From contig OX337231.1 in NCBI GenBank assembly GCA_946965045.2, forward strand, positions 3,658,001 to 3,722,000: DNA of 64,000 nucleotides, given 5' to 3'. The DNA is from Epithemia pelagica (taxonomy: Eukaryota; Protista; Bacillariophyta). The position numbers were made by a program, and so were the translations under genes. The notes under the pieces were generated by a model. That model did no database searches and was not told the DNA's origin. It worked only from the letters and a program-made list of their open reading frames with translations. The stretch's first letter is position 1, and each line of letters begins with the position of its first letter. Below are positions 32,696 through 43,091 of the stretch, one piece after another.

Positions 32696-35600
32696 TTACC
32701 ATCCAGCCAACATCTTTCTCGCTCGTTGAAATAGAGTCTTATCCAGTCCTTTTGTCAAACAATCCGCCACTTGTTCGTCCGATGCGACTTTGACCAAGCG
32801 GATGTTGCCATTGTACACGTGCTCTTTGAAGAAATGGTACTTGACTGCAATATGTTTGGAGCGAGGAGTCATTCGTGGTGATGTGGCCAACAAGATGGTT
32901 CCGTTGTTGTCCTCAAATACTTTTGAGTATGCTCTGCAAGGGAGCTCATCAATGTTGAACATGGTTTTGATTTCATCCACTAAACCCCGTAGTGGAATGA
33001 GGTCTCTCATGGCAAGACTGAGGGCGATGTACTCGGCCTCCATGGTTGATACGGCAATTTCTGTTTGTAATTTTGATACCCAATGGACTGGACAATCACC
33101 AACCATCAAAACATAGCCGGTCCTTGACTTCACGCAAAGCGGATCCTGTGGATCCTCACTGTTCCACTGCCCCGCGAAATCAGCATCCACATAACAATCA
33201 ACTGACAGGCAATCCTTTGAGGGAGTTAGGATCATCCCTTGATCTCTTGTTCCCTTCAAATATCGACAGATGCGTTTGACTGCTTTGGCATGTGATGCCT
33301 TGGGGTTGTGTGTGAATCTAGCACACTGGTGCACGGCGTAGGCAATCTCTGGGCGTGAGTTGGACGCCAAATACAGCAACATACCGACCACTGACGCGTA
33401 GCTCCACTGTTCTGCGTAGTCCTCTCCGTCTTGGTCTTTACCAAGCGGCTTTTGACTCGCTGGAGTCTTGTCTGGGTTACAATCTTGCAGCCCGGTCGCG
33501 TTCAATACTTTATCGATAAGTCCGTATTGCTTCAACTTGATTTGCCCGTTGTTGAGACGTTCGAAGTCAATTCCAAGGTACGCCGATACGTCACCTTCAA
33601 CTGTCATCTCCAAATCGTCTTTCAATGATTCCAACACTTTCATAATGCGTGCTTTGTCTGGTCCAGCCCAAATTACATCATCAATGTAAACGAGGCATAG
33701 GATTCGTTTGGTTGGTTCGTAGAAGAGACAAGGATCAAATGCGCTCTGCTTGAATCCACGTTGTTCTAAATGACCCTTGAGGTGGTCATACCACGAAAGG
33801 GGTGCTTGCTTCAAGCCGTAGAGACTCTTCTTGAGATGCAAGACATACTCCTCTCCGTCCTCAGTGTCTGGTGCAAAATCCTTTGGTAGCTCCATATAGA
33901 CATCCTCTGTGAGGAAGGCTTGGGCAAATGCATTGGTGTAGTCGGTTTGCACCGTTTCCCAGTTGTATACAAGAACCATCAACAACACAAGCCGAATCGT
34001 TATCCATTGGACAACAGGTGCATAGGTTTCGAAGTAATCCAAGCCGTAGGTTTGCTTGTCACCTCTAACACACAGCCGTGCTTTTAGTTTTCGCACTGAA
34101 CCGTCTGGATAGCGCTTTCTCCGAAATGCCCAAGTGGAAGGTAAGGCTTTGCCGCCACGCTTTTCCATCTCGGATCGGAGTGTCATGACCCAGGTTCCCT
34201 TGTCTTCCAGCTCTTTCACTTCATTTCCCATGGCAGCTACGTAGCCCTCACGGTCATTTCCAGTCATTGCCTCGTAGTAGGATGGCAGATCTGGATTGTT
34301 CTTTTTGGTTGAAGCTTGAAACACGATCGGATCGCGAAATCCAAAGGTGTCGGAGTCGGTATCCGAGTCAAGGTACGCCTGATAGGCTGTGCCCGTCATT
34401 GCGTTGGTCACGAAAGCTGCGAAACTCGCCAAGGCTCGATAGCCTGCACCTTGTGTGCCATCATATCCCCATCGTAATGGTGCTTTTCTTGTTCGTCCGG
34501 AACGACGGAGCGACGGTGACGGTTCCTCAGGTTCTGGTTGCGGCTGTTGTTGTTGTTGTTGTTGTTGTGAAGGAAGAGGTTCTTCAGTGGCTGGAGGTTC
34601 TTCTTCTTCGACAGGTTGTAATGGTGGTTCTTCTTGTTGTTGAGGCGGATTTGGTTCGGACGGTGGATCGTTTGTTGCAGGCTGGTCCTGCTCCCTCTGT
34701 TGAGCCGTTGTATCTGGTTCAGGAGGATCGTTTTGATCGGCAAAGCGGACTCGTTGTTGAGTGTTGCGGATTTGAAATGATCGATCTACATGGTCTTCAT
34801 GCTGGTCTACCCATTCATCTGCCAAGGTAACCGGATCATCCTCATCGAAGGCGTAGTGGTAACGGGAATCCGCAAACAGTTGTGTCCACTCGCTTTGATC
34901 AAACGGATGATCAGGACTGGCTCCAATTACGCTCGTAAACCAGTCGTCAAAGACGACGTGGAATTGCGGTGAAATGTGTCCCGTTTTCGTGTTGAGGACT
35001 AGTGGGACCCTGGACGAGTGTCGTTTTGAAAAACCAAGGAAGATTCCACGACGTGACCTTGGCTTCCATTTTGGGAGCTTGTGTCCGTCCTGGAGAGTCG
35101 GATCCAAGACATAACAGGGGCATCCCCACACGTGCATATCCGCAAAAACTTGGCGACCGGCCTTGGACTTCACAATCAACTCCATTGGTGACATCATGCC
35201 AGCGCTGGTACGAGGCATGTGATTGTGTTGAAACACCACATAGTCAACCGCCATTGGCCACAGACTGATATCTGCTGCATCAGGCCACCGAATCGCAGCG
35301 TGGATAAGAATCGTGCGTGCTTTCGACAAGATGGTTCCAATAGCACGCTCGGCTATTCCGTTTTGATGGTGAGCTCCGACTCCACTGAACTTGATGTTTT
35401 GGAGACCGGATTCGATTTCGTTCACAAAAGCGTTGGAAGCGAAGATGCCGTTGTCGGATTGATAGGCTTGGACGGTGATTCCAAGATCAAACATTCGCTT
35501 TTCGTATCGTTGTTTGGCGGCAATCGTCTCAGTGGCCGTGAAATTGACCAAATGCTCGATGTGGATGTCACCAGTAGCGTGATCCACGAAGATACAGCCT

Positions 35601-36655
35601 CCAGAGTACATGCTGTCTGGATGGGACTGGCCGCGAGACGAATAGAGGCGGCCCTTTTGCTTGACGACAAAATGATCCATGGAAACGCGTTGACCGGGGA
35701 ACAACTGGTCTTTCTTCAAGCCATACTCCCTCTCGCGGACAATCGTTTTCGTTGAGGTATCAGTCGGACGCCGTTTTGCTTTGCCAAATTGACAGTCAGC
35801 ACATTTCGGCAATTCACATTTGGATGCAGCCTTGATGAGAGGGGACGAACCAAGGGCTCCAGATTGCATGAGACGTTGGATAGCAGCCAAACCATGATGA
35901 CACAAACGAAAGTGCCATTTCATGAGCTCCTTTTGTGGCGTTGTCAGGTTTGGATTTTGGGTGTGGGTGACACATGCTTGATTCACCGACGGAGAAGGTT
36001 GAACATTCGCCATTGTGCACGTAGGAAGGTTGTTTTCTGGATGGTATGAAATACTTGCAACTTTGCCGTCTGCGGTTTCAAACCGGAGAGTCGAACCACG
36101 GATCACGAAACTTTCAAGCACGTTCTCGTCGGACGTGGCTTCTTTGTGTTGCAAGTAGCTTTGCGGAGAAAATAATCGGCAACGAGCGGTGGAGACATGG
36201 TAAGCCGGTGCTTCCATTTCGGTGTAGCTCCCGTCGTCAAGTTGCATTCTCCAGCGGACGATTCCGGTTCCATCTATTGGTAGGCCTTTAGCCAATCCTT
36301 GCAGCACTGAACCAGTTTGGGCAGAGTATTCAACAAAATCGTCTCGAAATGGGGTGATGGTGATCGTTGCACCAGAATCGATCGTGACCGAAAAGGTTGA
36401 GGCGGAGGATTCCGAAAGAAAGTTCCAAGCCAACGTTGCTCCCTCTGTTGACGGCTCGGCGGTGTTTGCTTGTGCTTGATGAGGGACGGCCGTTTGAAAC
36501 AGAAGGGAGAAAGACAATTCCTCAAACGGGTCAGGGTCAGGAGGTTTTGGAAACGGAGAAAGGGGAGGACCGTCGTCTGCTGGGCTTGTGTCGTCAAGGT
36601 CACGACGCTTGCGTCTCCGTCGTCTACGCCATCGTGGTGGAAGGTAGAAGGTTCG
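32696..36655 (-). CDS. pol: E2 Pol (PR-GAG-pre-INT-INT-RT-RH); frame open from 36655
   Basis: PR TIDSGAT; WHFRLCH...C..C; INT VSMD, YQSDNG, QNGIAER; RT KLKARLCVRG, LKKSLYGLKQA, VYIDD; RH YVDADFAG, ADCLTK. Confidence 0.96.
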   Translation of the reverse strand, partial: RTFYLPPRWRRRRRRKRRDLDDTSPADDGPPLSPFPKPPDPDPFEELSFSLLFQTAVPHQAQANTAEPSTEGATLAWNFLSESSASTFSVTIDSGATITITPFRDDFVEYSAQTGSVLQGLAKGLPIDGTGIVRWRMQLDDGSYTEMEAPAYHVSTARCRLFSPQSYLQHKEATSDENVLESFVIRGSTLRFETADGKVASISYHPENNLPTCTMANVQPSPSVNQACVTHTQNPNLTTPQKELMKWHFRLCHHGLAAIQRLMQSGALGSSPLIKAASKCELPKCADCQFGKAKRRPTDTSTKTIVREREYGLKKDQLFPGQRVSMDHFVVKQKGRLYSSRGQSHPDSMYSGGCIFVDHATGDIHIEHLVNFTATETIAAKQRYEKRMFDLGITVQAYQSDNGIFASNAFVNEIESGLQNIKFSGVGAHHQNGIAERAIGTILSKARTILIHAAIRWPDAADISLWPMAVDYVVFQHNHMPRTSAGMMSPMELIVKSKAGRQVFADMHVWGCPCYVLDPTLQDGHKLPKWKPRSRRGIFLGFSKRHSSRVPLVLNTKTGHISPQFHVVFDDWFTSVIGASPDHPFDQSEWTQLFADSRYHYAFDEDDPVTLADEWVDQHEDHVDRSFQIRNTQQRVRFADQNDPPEPDTTAQQREQDQPATNDPPSEPNPPQQQEEPPLQPVEEEEPPATEEPLPSQQQQQQQQPQPEPEEPSPSLRRSGRTRKAPLRWGYDGTQGAGYRALASFAAFVTNAMTGTAYQAYLDSDTDSDTFGFRDPIVFQASTKKNNPDLPSYYEAMTGNDREGYVAAMGNEVKELEDKGTWVMTLRSEMEKRGGKALPSTWAFRRKRYPDGSVRKLKARLCVRGDKQTYGLDYFETYAPVVQWITIRLVLLMVLVYNWETVQTDYTNAFAQAFLTEDVYMELPKDFAPDTEDGEEYVLHLKKSLYGLKQAPLSWYDHLKGHLEQRGFKQSAFDPCLFYEPTKRILCLVYIDDVIWAGPDKARIMKVLESLKDDLEMTVEGDVSAYLGIDFERLNNGQIKLKQYGLIDKVLNATGLQDCNPDKTPASQKPLGKDQDGEDYAEQWSYASVVGMLLYLASNSRPEIAYAVHQCARFTHNPKASHAKAVKRICRYLKGTRDQGMILTPSKDCLSVDCYVDADFAGQWNSEDPQDPLCVKSRTGYVLMVGDCPVHWVSKLQTEIAVSTMEAEYIALSLAMRDLIPLRGLVDEIKTMFNIDELPCRAYSKVFEDNNGTILLATSPRMTPRSKHIAVKYHFFKEHVYNGNIRLVKVASDEQVADCLTKGLDKTLFQRARKMLAGW

Positions 36656-37015
36656 TCAATGATACTTGAAAGCAAGGGTGATTTTGCTATTGGGTTGCCC
36701 AAACAAGCGTCGATGATAGACGCGACTTGCAAAGGCAAGCGATGGAAACTTGGTGAGCGGTGAATCAATTCCCAAAACGAAGGAATGTGTGCTCATCATC
36801 ACACCCGAATAGCAACAGAACAGACCAGGCAATACCAGGATCGGCGAGAAGCGAAAGCAGCGACGAGTTTTGCGAGTGATTGAACGGCAAGGATTTTGTT
36901 GTGGCAAGACGGTGCGCCAAAGAGAGAGGAACAAGCGAATAAAAGCGAAGAGAATGGGCAACGGATTCATCATCACCAAATAAGAATACATAGCGATGAG
37001 CATCCGCCCGATGAG
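36656..37015 (-). other. E2 119-codon in-frame segment between two UGA stops, hydrophobic
   Basis: Same frame as gag and pol; bounded by TGA-CTC (37018-37016) and TGA-CGA (36658-36656). Confidence 0.6.
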
Positions 37016-38485
37016 TCATTCGTCGTCTTCGTCTAGAAAAGTTGCAGCTCCACAATATTTTAGAGATGCAAGCGATGCGGCCGGTTTCGTACCGCCAGTT
37101 TGATTCGCTTTCTTCGCATAATCGTTATCATGCGTCGCCGTTCCGTGCGATAATCGCCAGAATCCACAAATGGCACACCAGTGCCACGGCGTCTCATTCA
37201 CATTTTTGGTTTCGGGCTCTCCATCACCCGGTGGTATGGACTTCCAAGGAGCCTTTGGTGCTTTTGACTTGCCTTTGCCATCGTCGTTGTTGGCTTTCGG
37301 GCAATCCTTCTTCAAATGGTCCGGTGACCCACAGATGTAACACTTTCGTCCACCAGTTTGCTTTCCCTTTCCACTGTTGGTTCCGCCCTTTAAGGCAGCC
37401 GAGACACTCTTCTGAACGAGATTATTAATCTCGGTTTTTGTGAACGACATCATCGCTTCTGGCGGATTGCCAGAGTCACTCTTTCCAGACGGTCCCCAAC
37501 GCTTGGCCGTCAACAACAACGTATACTCCGCATTCGCTTCCTCCACAAGTTGTTGGACCGAGATGTAATCAGGTTCAGCTGCTCGTCCTTCGATGGTGGC
37601 TCTTGAGAGGCCATGGACTTTGGTGACCCATTGGTTGACCGCTGTGCTCCGCGCCATAAACTTCACACGAAATTGCTCTACTGACGATGTGCAGAGCTGT
37701 TCATTCAGGAGAAATGGAGCATCGCTTGGCACATTCTTTCCAAGCTCCACACAAGTTTGGAGAAACTTGGTGGTGAATACTTTCACATCTTCTCCAGCCG
37801 TCTGTCGGAGTTTGTGGGCCTCCAATTGTTGTTTCAACGCTTTGATTCGCTGGAAGGAGGCGGTCCGAACCTCGCGAACAACGTAAATCCACAAGATTGG
37901 TCCAAATTTCATGTCGCGTGGTAGCAATGGACGAATGCTGGTCTTGACAGTTTCATCCAGCATTGACATGATGGCCTTATACGCAAGGTCCATGTTGTTG
38001 GTAGAGTAATCGTCATACAGAGGAGTAGCAGCTCCCATCCCAGTCCTAAAGTGGTTCACCACAAAGGCCGGTGTGAATTCAGAGTCTTCTTGCAGGATGT
38101 CGACAAGTCTGGTGGGATCTTGTGGATCAGGAAGGTAGAATTCACTGTCCATCCCATGAAACTCCATATGGTCAGCGACCATCTCTGCAAACTGCTCGAT
38201 CGTGAGATTCTTTTCGTCTCTGGTGAACTTTCGAGCGTCGTTTTCACTGCTATCCACGATAGTGATCTTCTGTTTCAGCGCCTTGTGCGCTTCCGTCGGG
38301 TCTTGCAACTGGTAGCAATACGGGCTCCGCGGAACGGTTCGCGTCGTTGTTGCGAACGTCACATCAGTTGGTCGGCCTCCAGTCCATGGATGGATCCCAG
38401 TCAATCCGCCAAGGTTGGGCCGAGGAGGTGGTGCCGGAGTACGTGCACGAGGCGTCGGTGGTGTTGCTCCTCCTCCCGATGCCAT
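37016..38485 (-). CDS. gag: E2 Gag with CCHC zinc knuckle
   Basis: CYICGSPDHLKKDC knuckle plus C-terminal WHWCAICGFW..H motif; 489 aa. Confidence 0.92.
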   Translation of the reverse strand: MASGGGATPPTPRARTPAPPPRPNLGGLTGIHPWTGGRPTDVTFATTTRTVPRSPYCYQLQDPTEAHKALKQKITIVDSSENDARKFTRDEKNLTIEQFAEMVADHMEFHGMDSEFYLPDPQDPTRLVDILQEDSEFTPAFVVNHFRTGMGAATPLYDDYSTNNMDLAYKAIMSMLDETVKTSIRPLLPRDMKFGPILWIYVVREVRTASFQRIKALKQQLEAHKLRQTAGEDVKVFTTKFLQTCVELGKNVPSDAPFLLNEQLCTSSVEQFRVKFMARSTAVNQWVTKVHGLSRATIEGRAAEPDYISVQQLVEEANAEYTLLLTAKRWGPSGKSDSGNPPEAMMSFTKTEINNLVQKSVSAALKGGTNSGKGKQTGGRKCYICGSPDHLKKDCPKANNDDGKGKSKAPKAPWKSIPPGDGEPETKNVNETPWHWCAICGFWRLSHGTATHDNDYAKKANQTGGTKPAASLASLKYCGAATFLDEDDE

Positions 38486-38585
38486 GGTGTTCAGCGCCGT
38501 GTCCGTTTCGTTTCGTCGATGGTACGCGAAGTCTTCTTCTTCTCCAGCTCTCGTTCGGTAACAAAAGCAAGCTTACAACCCTTTA

Positions 38586-38600
38586 CTTGGGCTCATAACC
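38586..38600 (-). promoter_or_regulatory. E2 PBS complementary to the anticodon arm of tRNA-Met (half-tRNA type)
   Basis: GGTTATGAGCCCAAG, complement CTTGGG-CTCATAA-CC; closely resembles the half-tRNA-iMet PBS of Drosophila copia. Confidence 0.85.
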
Positions 38601-41579
38601 TGTCGCAACAGACGATGTTGCTGTTGCTCAAAGTCGTACGCAGCGGAGAGTTGATGTTCCACTATGGTCAACTTGGTTCGATGATGCGGCTAACGACGAA
38701 AAGGAAGATCAAAAACAACAGATTTGGAAATTATGGTGACAGTAGGAATTTGAATCTATCTACTTTCCCATGCCGACACGCGCGCTACAAGACTGCCCGT
38801 CAACCCCACTGATGGACAGTACGCCCCACTTTGTGACACGTTCTTGCCGGACAACCACATTGGACAAAAATGCACAATATCAGATCGATCACGGCGTCCT
38901 CTCTTAGCCACCTCAGAGAGTACATTTCGATGCATATTTTACTATTTCAAGGTGTTGGCCGAAGAACCCTTGTCCCAAACGGATGGTGCTATTTGCCTTT
39001 CGCTTGCGACTTCACCCACAAAATATAATTGGGACATGGATAATTTGAAGCGGAGTGGCTATTTGATTCGTCACATATTTCCTGTCAAACTGCACGTCCA
39101 TATGCTTTGTACGCCTCAACCGGGATGGTTCTCGCCGATTGCTACGCAATTGGCTCAGACTGTTGTGAATGTTTTGCGTTACTATTTTGAAAATTTGGGC
39201 CACGTCCAGATTCACATTCAACACAGAAATGCTACTCGGTATACTGTGCTGTCGGAACTATTAGAGGAAGGAATACCACGCAATGCAATACCAAAGGACT
39301 TTGGAGGCGAATATACGTATGAAGACGTTTCTCTTCCATTGCTTCAAGAACGAATAGCATGGGAACAGCAAGTTTATTTCCCCTCAAACATTCAAGATCA
39401 CATCAGCCTGAAACAATCCGCGACAGAGCCCGAGCCTCACGAAGAAGGTACGGAAGAGAAGGAAGCGAGTTGGTTATACAACAATGCTCCGCCACCACCA
39501 TCTTACGCGAAGAGTCTGAAACGATCCGATGAAATTCCTAACCCAAGCAATCCAAAGGGATCGGGTGCGCCAGAAGAACCTTCCGATCCTGTACTTGTGG
39601 CAGAGGATGAACAACAAAAGTCTGGTGTAGACGAGAAACCAACCCGGGAGCAACTGAGGGCAGAACGATTGGAGAGACGGCAAAAGGCCGATGTCATTCG
39701 ATCCAGACGCAAGCGAGAGCGTCAAAGATTGGAGATTGAAAACATGAAGGACGAGTCGGAGCGTCTCGCTCATGAAAATGAGCAGCTCAAGACTGAACAA
39801 GCTCGCTTGGAGAGGCTGTTGAAAGAGGTCGAAGATATCGTGGCCGATTTGAACTAGATTGACCTGCACTTCGTTGTTTGAAATCAGATTTCTTCGTTTC
39901 TTACATAGGTGTGTTCTTTTGCGTAGATGGGACGATTCTGTTCGAAACAGCATACATCACCCGACATCAAGCTTGACCATTGGTTTTCGTCTGTGATGGA
40001 ACAAGGGCACTACATCATACCGCTATGGTGGTCCTTACTTCAAAATGGATCAACGTATAGTTCGATGTAAGGGAGAAGATGACCACGACAAAGCTTCTAC
40101 CTAGATAACAGAGTTCGGCGAAAGGATACAGAGCACAACGTACTATTCAGGGATACATCAATGATGAGACTAATGCCCTGTCTAGAGTAGCAAGTACCAG
40201 CTTGATGTACGTAGTTTATCTCAGACGATTTTTCATGTCAAGTTGCATCCATGTCTTGCTCGTTGTGATTGATCAGCACGGTTGATTGTCACTTTCATCG
40301 TCAGCGTCGATCAGTTTCGATCGATGCAGTTGTTTGTTGCTTTCGACGTCTGTATCGTTACGCTGGTAGACTAGGATGTGGCTGACTGTTGTTTTGGTTT
40401 TCGACTATACACTCTGATGTTCTGCAGCTGATCTTTGTTGTATCAGGCTTGTCCGTCGAATGTTTGTCATCTGTCTTGCTCATTCCGTTGGATTGACGTT
40501 TGAAAGTCGTCCTTGCCGGTGATTCACGTCTTGAGGATTTTGCCATTGTGTCTTTCAATGGCACAGTTGATTTTGTTTGTCGGTCGGCGTTTTTGTTGTT
40601 GGGTGGACATGGTGAATTGTGATCATCTCCATCGTCACTGTCGGTCATTGAAGTCATGCTTCATTACCAGTATCGCTTGTCGTACGACTGTTTTGTCCTC
40701 ATGCTCGAGGTCTCGTGGTTCTTGATGTTGCGAGCTCCCAGAACCTTGTGATTGTTCAATGATATCGTCTCGTGAGTTGATGTTGAGGCTGGGTGGATGT
40801 CAATGTCTCGGAATGATTCGTTTGGCTGCCGGTTCTCTCATCCTCGCTCTCCCATGCTTCAGTCATCCAGTGTAGATTCGGGTCATTGATTTCTTGATTC
40901 TATCAAGCGTCTTGGTCTTCTCTGGGGCTCGTCTTGTGGCGATGCCTCCTTCGTTGTGAATGTTGCGATTTTTTCACGATCCATCTGATCTTGCTATCTG
41001 CTCCTGTCGCGGCTCTTCCACCATTCTTCCATCATTTCGGGGGATTCCACCCATCGTGGTCCATCACATTCTCTATTCTTTTCCGCGTTGTCCGTCGTCC
41101 ATGTCATGTTGCTTGCTTCCTTCCTTCTCTGTTCGAGGTAGAAGACAAGGAAACTGTCTAAAAACACAACCAAGAGAGCCAGAATCCAGTTCCATCCATT
41201 CGATCCATCAAGGCACCTGTTTTGACGGACGTAGTGTCAATGCCATGGTAAATGGTAGCACGACGGCTGTTGTCGATGATGCCGTGGTGGTGGCATTGGC
41301 ATGTGTGTGATAATCACTATAGCAAAAAGTGTACAACTTAACCCGCGAACTACAGGCGACTACTTTCCCATACAACCTAGAAGTACATTTGGCCTCCACT
41401 GTTCATCAATCTGTAGCACTCGTTAAGTGGACGATGTGGAACGAGAACAGACATGAATTCCTTCATTGTGGACACGTCCACTGGCAGGACGTGGCAGTCG
41501 CACGTCCAACGGTTCCCATTTCCCATATCCCAGCTCCCAGCCTAAATGTTGAAGAAGTTTCATATTTGATGCTGACGAT

Positions 41580-43091
41580 ATGGATGAGGACCATCAAGTC
41601 AATTCGTTGTTGTTGTCTAGACTCCTTCCACAACAAGGAGTCTTCGACCGCCAGATCGATGTGACGAACGGGCCAGTGGCTGCCTCCTTGGCGACGCGAA
41701 GCATCAACGCATCATCCCCGATGGACTCGTCTTCGTTTGCCTATTTGTCGGGCCTCCCAGAATTGCGTGGACGTGTTCGCCATCACGTACACTCAGTTAT
41801 TCAATGTATGCCTTTGACCGAGACGCAAGCCTATTTAGAGGCTATGGATTGCGCTCAAGACCTTGTTCAAACCGAATCAGATCCCATTCAGTTTGTTCGC
41901 TATTGTCACTACGATTTGATGGAAGCCGCGAAACGCCTGTGCAAATATTGGACCGAACGCAAAAATGTTTTCGGACCTGATCGTGCATTTCTGCCTTTGG
42001 TGGCAAGTGCTCAAGGTGGAGCCTTGAATGCCGAAGACATGGCCTTGATAGAAGCTGGTTTTCTTTCGTTTTTACCTGATAACCACATTGGTCAAAAATG
42101 CATAATATCGGATCGATCGCGACGTCCTCCCACAGCCTCTTTGGAAACTACCATCCGATCTCAATTTTACTTTTTCAAGGTGTTGGCGGAAGAACCCTTG
42201 TCCCAAACGGATGGTGCTATTTGCCTTTTGATTGCGACTTCGCCCAAGAATTATAACATGGATATGGGCATAGTGAAACGGTGCGCCTATTTAACACGTC
42301 ACATATTTCCTGTCAAGCAACACGTCCATCTACTGTGTATCCCTCAGCCTGGATTGTTCTCGCCGATTGCTGCGCAACTGGCTCAAGGCGTTTTGAATAT
42401 TTTGCATTACTATTTTGATCAAATGGGCAATGTTCAGATTCACATTCAACACAGTGGTGGTGCACAGGATGCAGTGCTGTCGGAACTACTTGCGCAAGGG
42501 ATACCACGCATTGCAGTACCAAAGGATTTTGGAGGTGACTATACGTTTGAAGACGTTTCATTTCCGTTGCTCCAAGAACGAATCGTATGGGAGCGGCAAG
42601 CATATCTTCCATCCAATATACCAGGGCACCTCAACTTGAAACAATCCACGACAGACTCTGAGCCTCGCGGAAAAGGAATGGAAGAAAAGAAATCGAGTTG
42701 GCTCTATAATAATGGTCCTCCACCACCATCTTACGCAAAGAGTCCGACTGGATCTGTTGCCAATCCAAGCAAAAGCATTGCTGCTGGTCCAGCTACGCCA
42801 AAGGAACCTTCAGATCCTTCATGCACGACGGAAGATGAACAAAGGGATTTGGGTGCAGAAGAACAACCAACCATGGAGCAACTGAGGGCGGAACGATTGG
42901 AGAGACGGCGAAAGGCCGATGTCATTCGATCTCGACGCAAGCGAGAGCGCCAACGAGTGGAGATTGAAAACATGAAGCACGAGTCGGAGCGTCTGGCACA
43001 TGAGAATGAAATGCTCAAGAGCGAGCAACGTCGCTTGGAGAGGCTATTGAGAGATGTCGAAGAGATTGTGGCGGACTTCAACAATATTTGA
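41580..43091 (+). CDS. Sec14/CRAL-TRIO-like domain protein with C-terminal bZIP (503 aa)
   Basis: ESDPIQFVRYCHYDLMEAAKRLCKYW (CRAL-TRIO N-like), IPRIAVPKDFGG (CRAL-TRIO end-like), basic RRRKADVIRSRRKRERQR followed by a heptad zipper. Confidence 0.72.
   Translation: MDEDHQVNSLLLSRLLPQQGVFDRQIDVTNGPVAASLATRSINASSPMDSSSFAYLSGLPELRGRVRHHVHSVIQCMPLTETQAYLEAMDCAQDLVQTESDPIQFVRYCHYDLMEAAKRLCKYWTERKNVFGPDRAFLPLVASAQGGALNAEDMALIEAGFLSFLPDNHIGQKCIISDRSRRPPTASLETTIRSQFYFFKVLAEEPLSQTDGAICLLIATSPKNYNMDMGIVKRCAYLTRHIFPVKQHVHLLCIPQPGLFSPIAAQLAQGVLNILHYYFDQMGNVQIHIQHSGGAQDAVLSELLAQGIPRIAVPKDFGGDYTFEDVSFPLLQERIVWERQAYLPSNIPGHLNLKQSTTDSEPRGKGMEEKKSSWLYNNGPPPPSYAKSPTGSVANPSKSIAAGPATPKEPSDPSCTTEDEQRDLGAEEQPTMEQLRAERLERRRKADVIRSRRKRERQRVEIENMKHESERLAHENEMLKSEQRRLERLLRDVEEIVADFNNI

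Larger units (their letters stand above)
32412..38838 (-). mobile_element. E2: full-length Ty1/Copia LTR retrotransposon, canonical TG...CA LTRs, 5-bp TSD
   Basis: Identical 238-bp LTRs (32412-32649, 38601-38838); CGTTC at 32407-32411 and 38839-38843; PPT GAGAGGGAG; PBS GGTTATGAGCCCAAG. Confidence 0.97.
31906..39857 (+). pseudogene. Sec14/CRAL-TRIO-like + bZIP paralog disrupted by E2 (exonic parts 31906-32411 and 38844-39857), plus a 1-nt frameshift near 32360
   Basis: Both halves align to 41580-43091; removing E2 and one TSD restores ...MSFLPDNH matching ...LSFLPDNH. Confidence 0.9.

Noticed and set aside
38051-38812. Long antisense or alternate-frame ORFs over retroelements (also 32312-32623, 35219-35755, 47095-47793, 57641-58096)
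   Set aside because: Shadows of real gag/pol frames or read-ins to LTRs; no independent coding signal.
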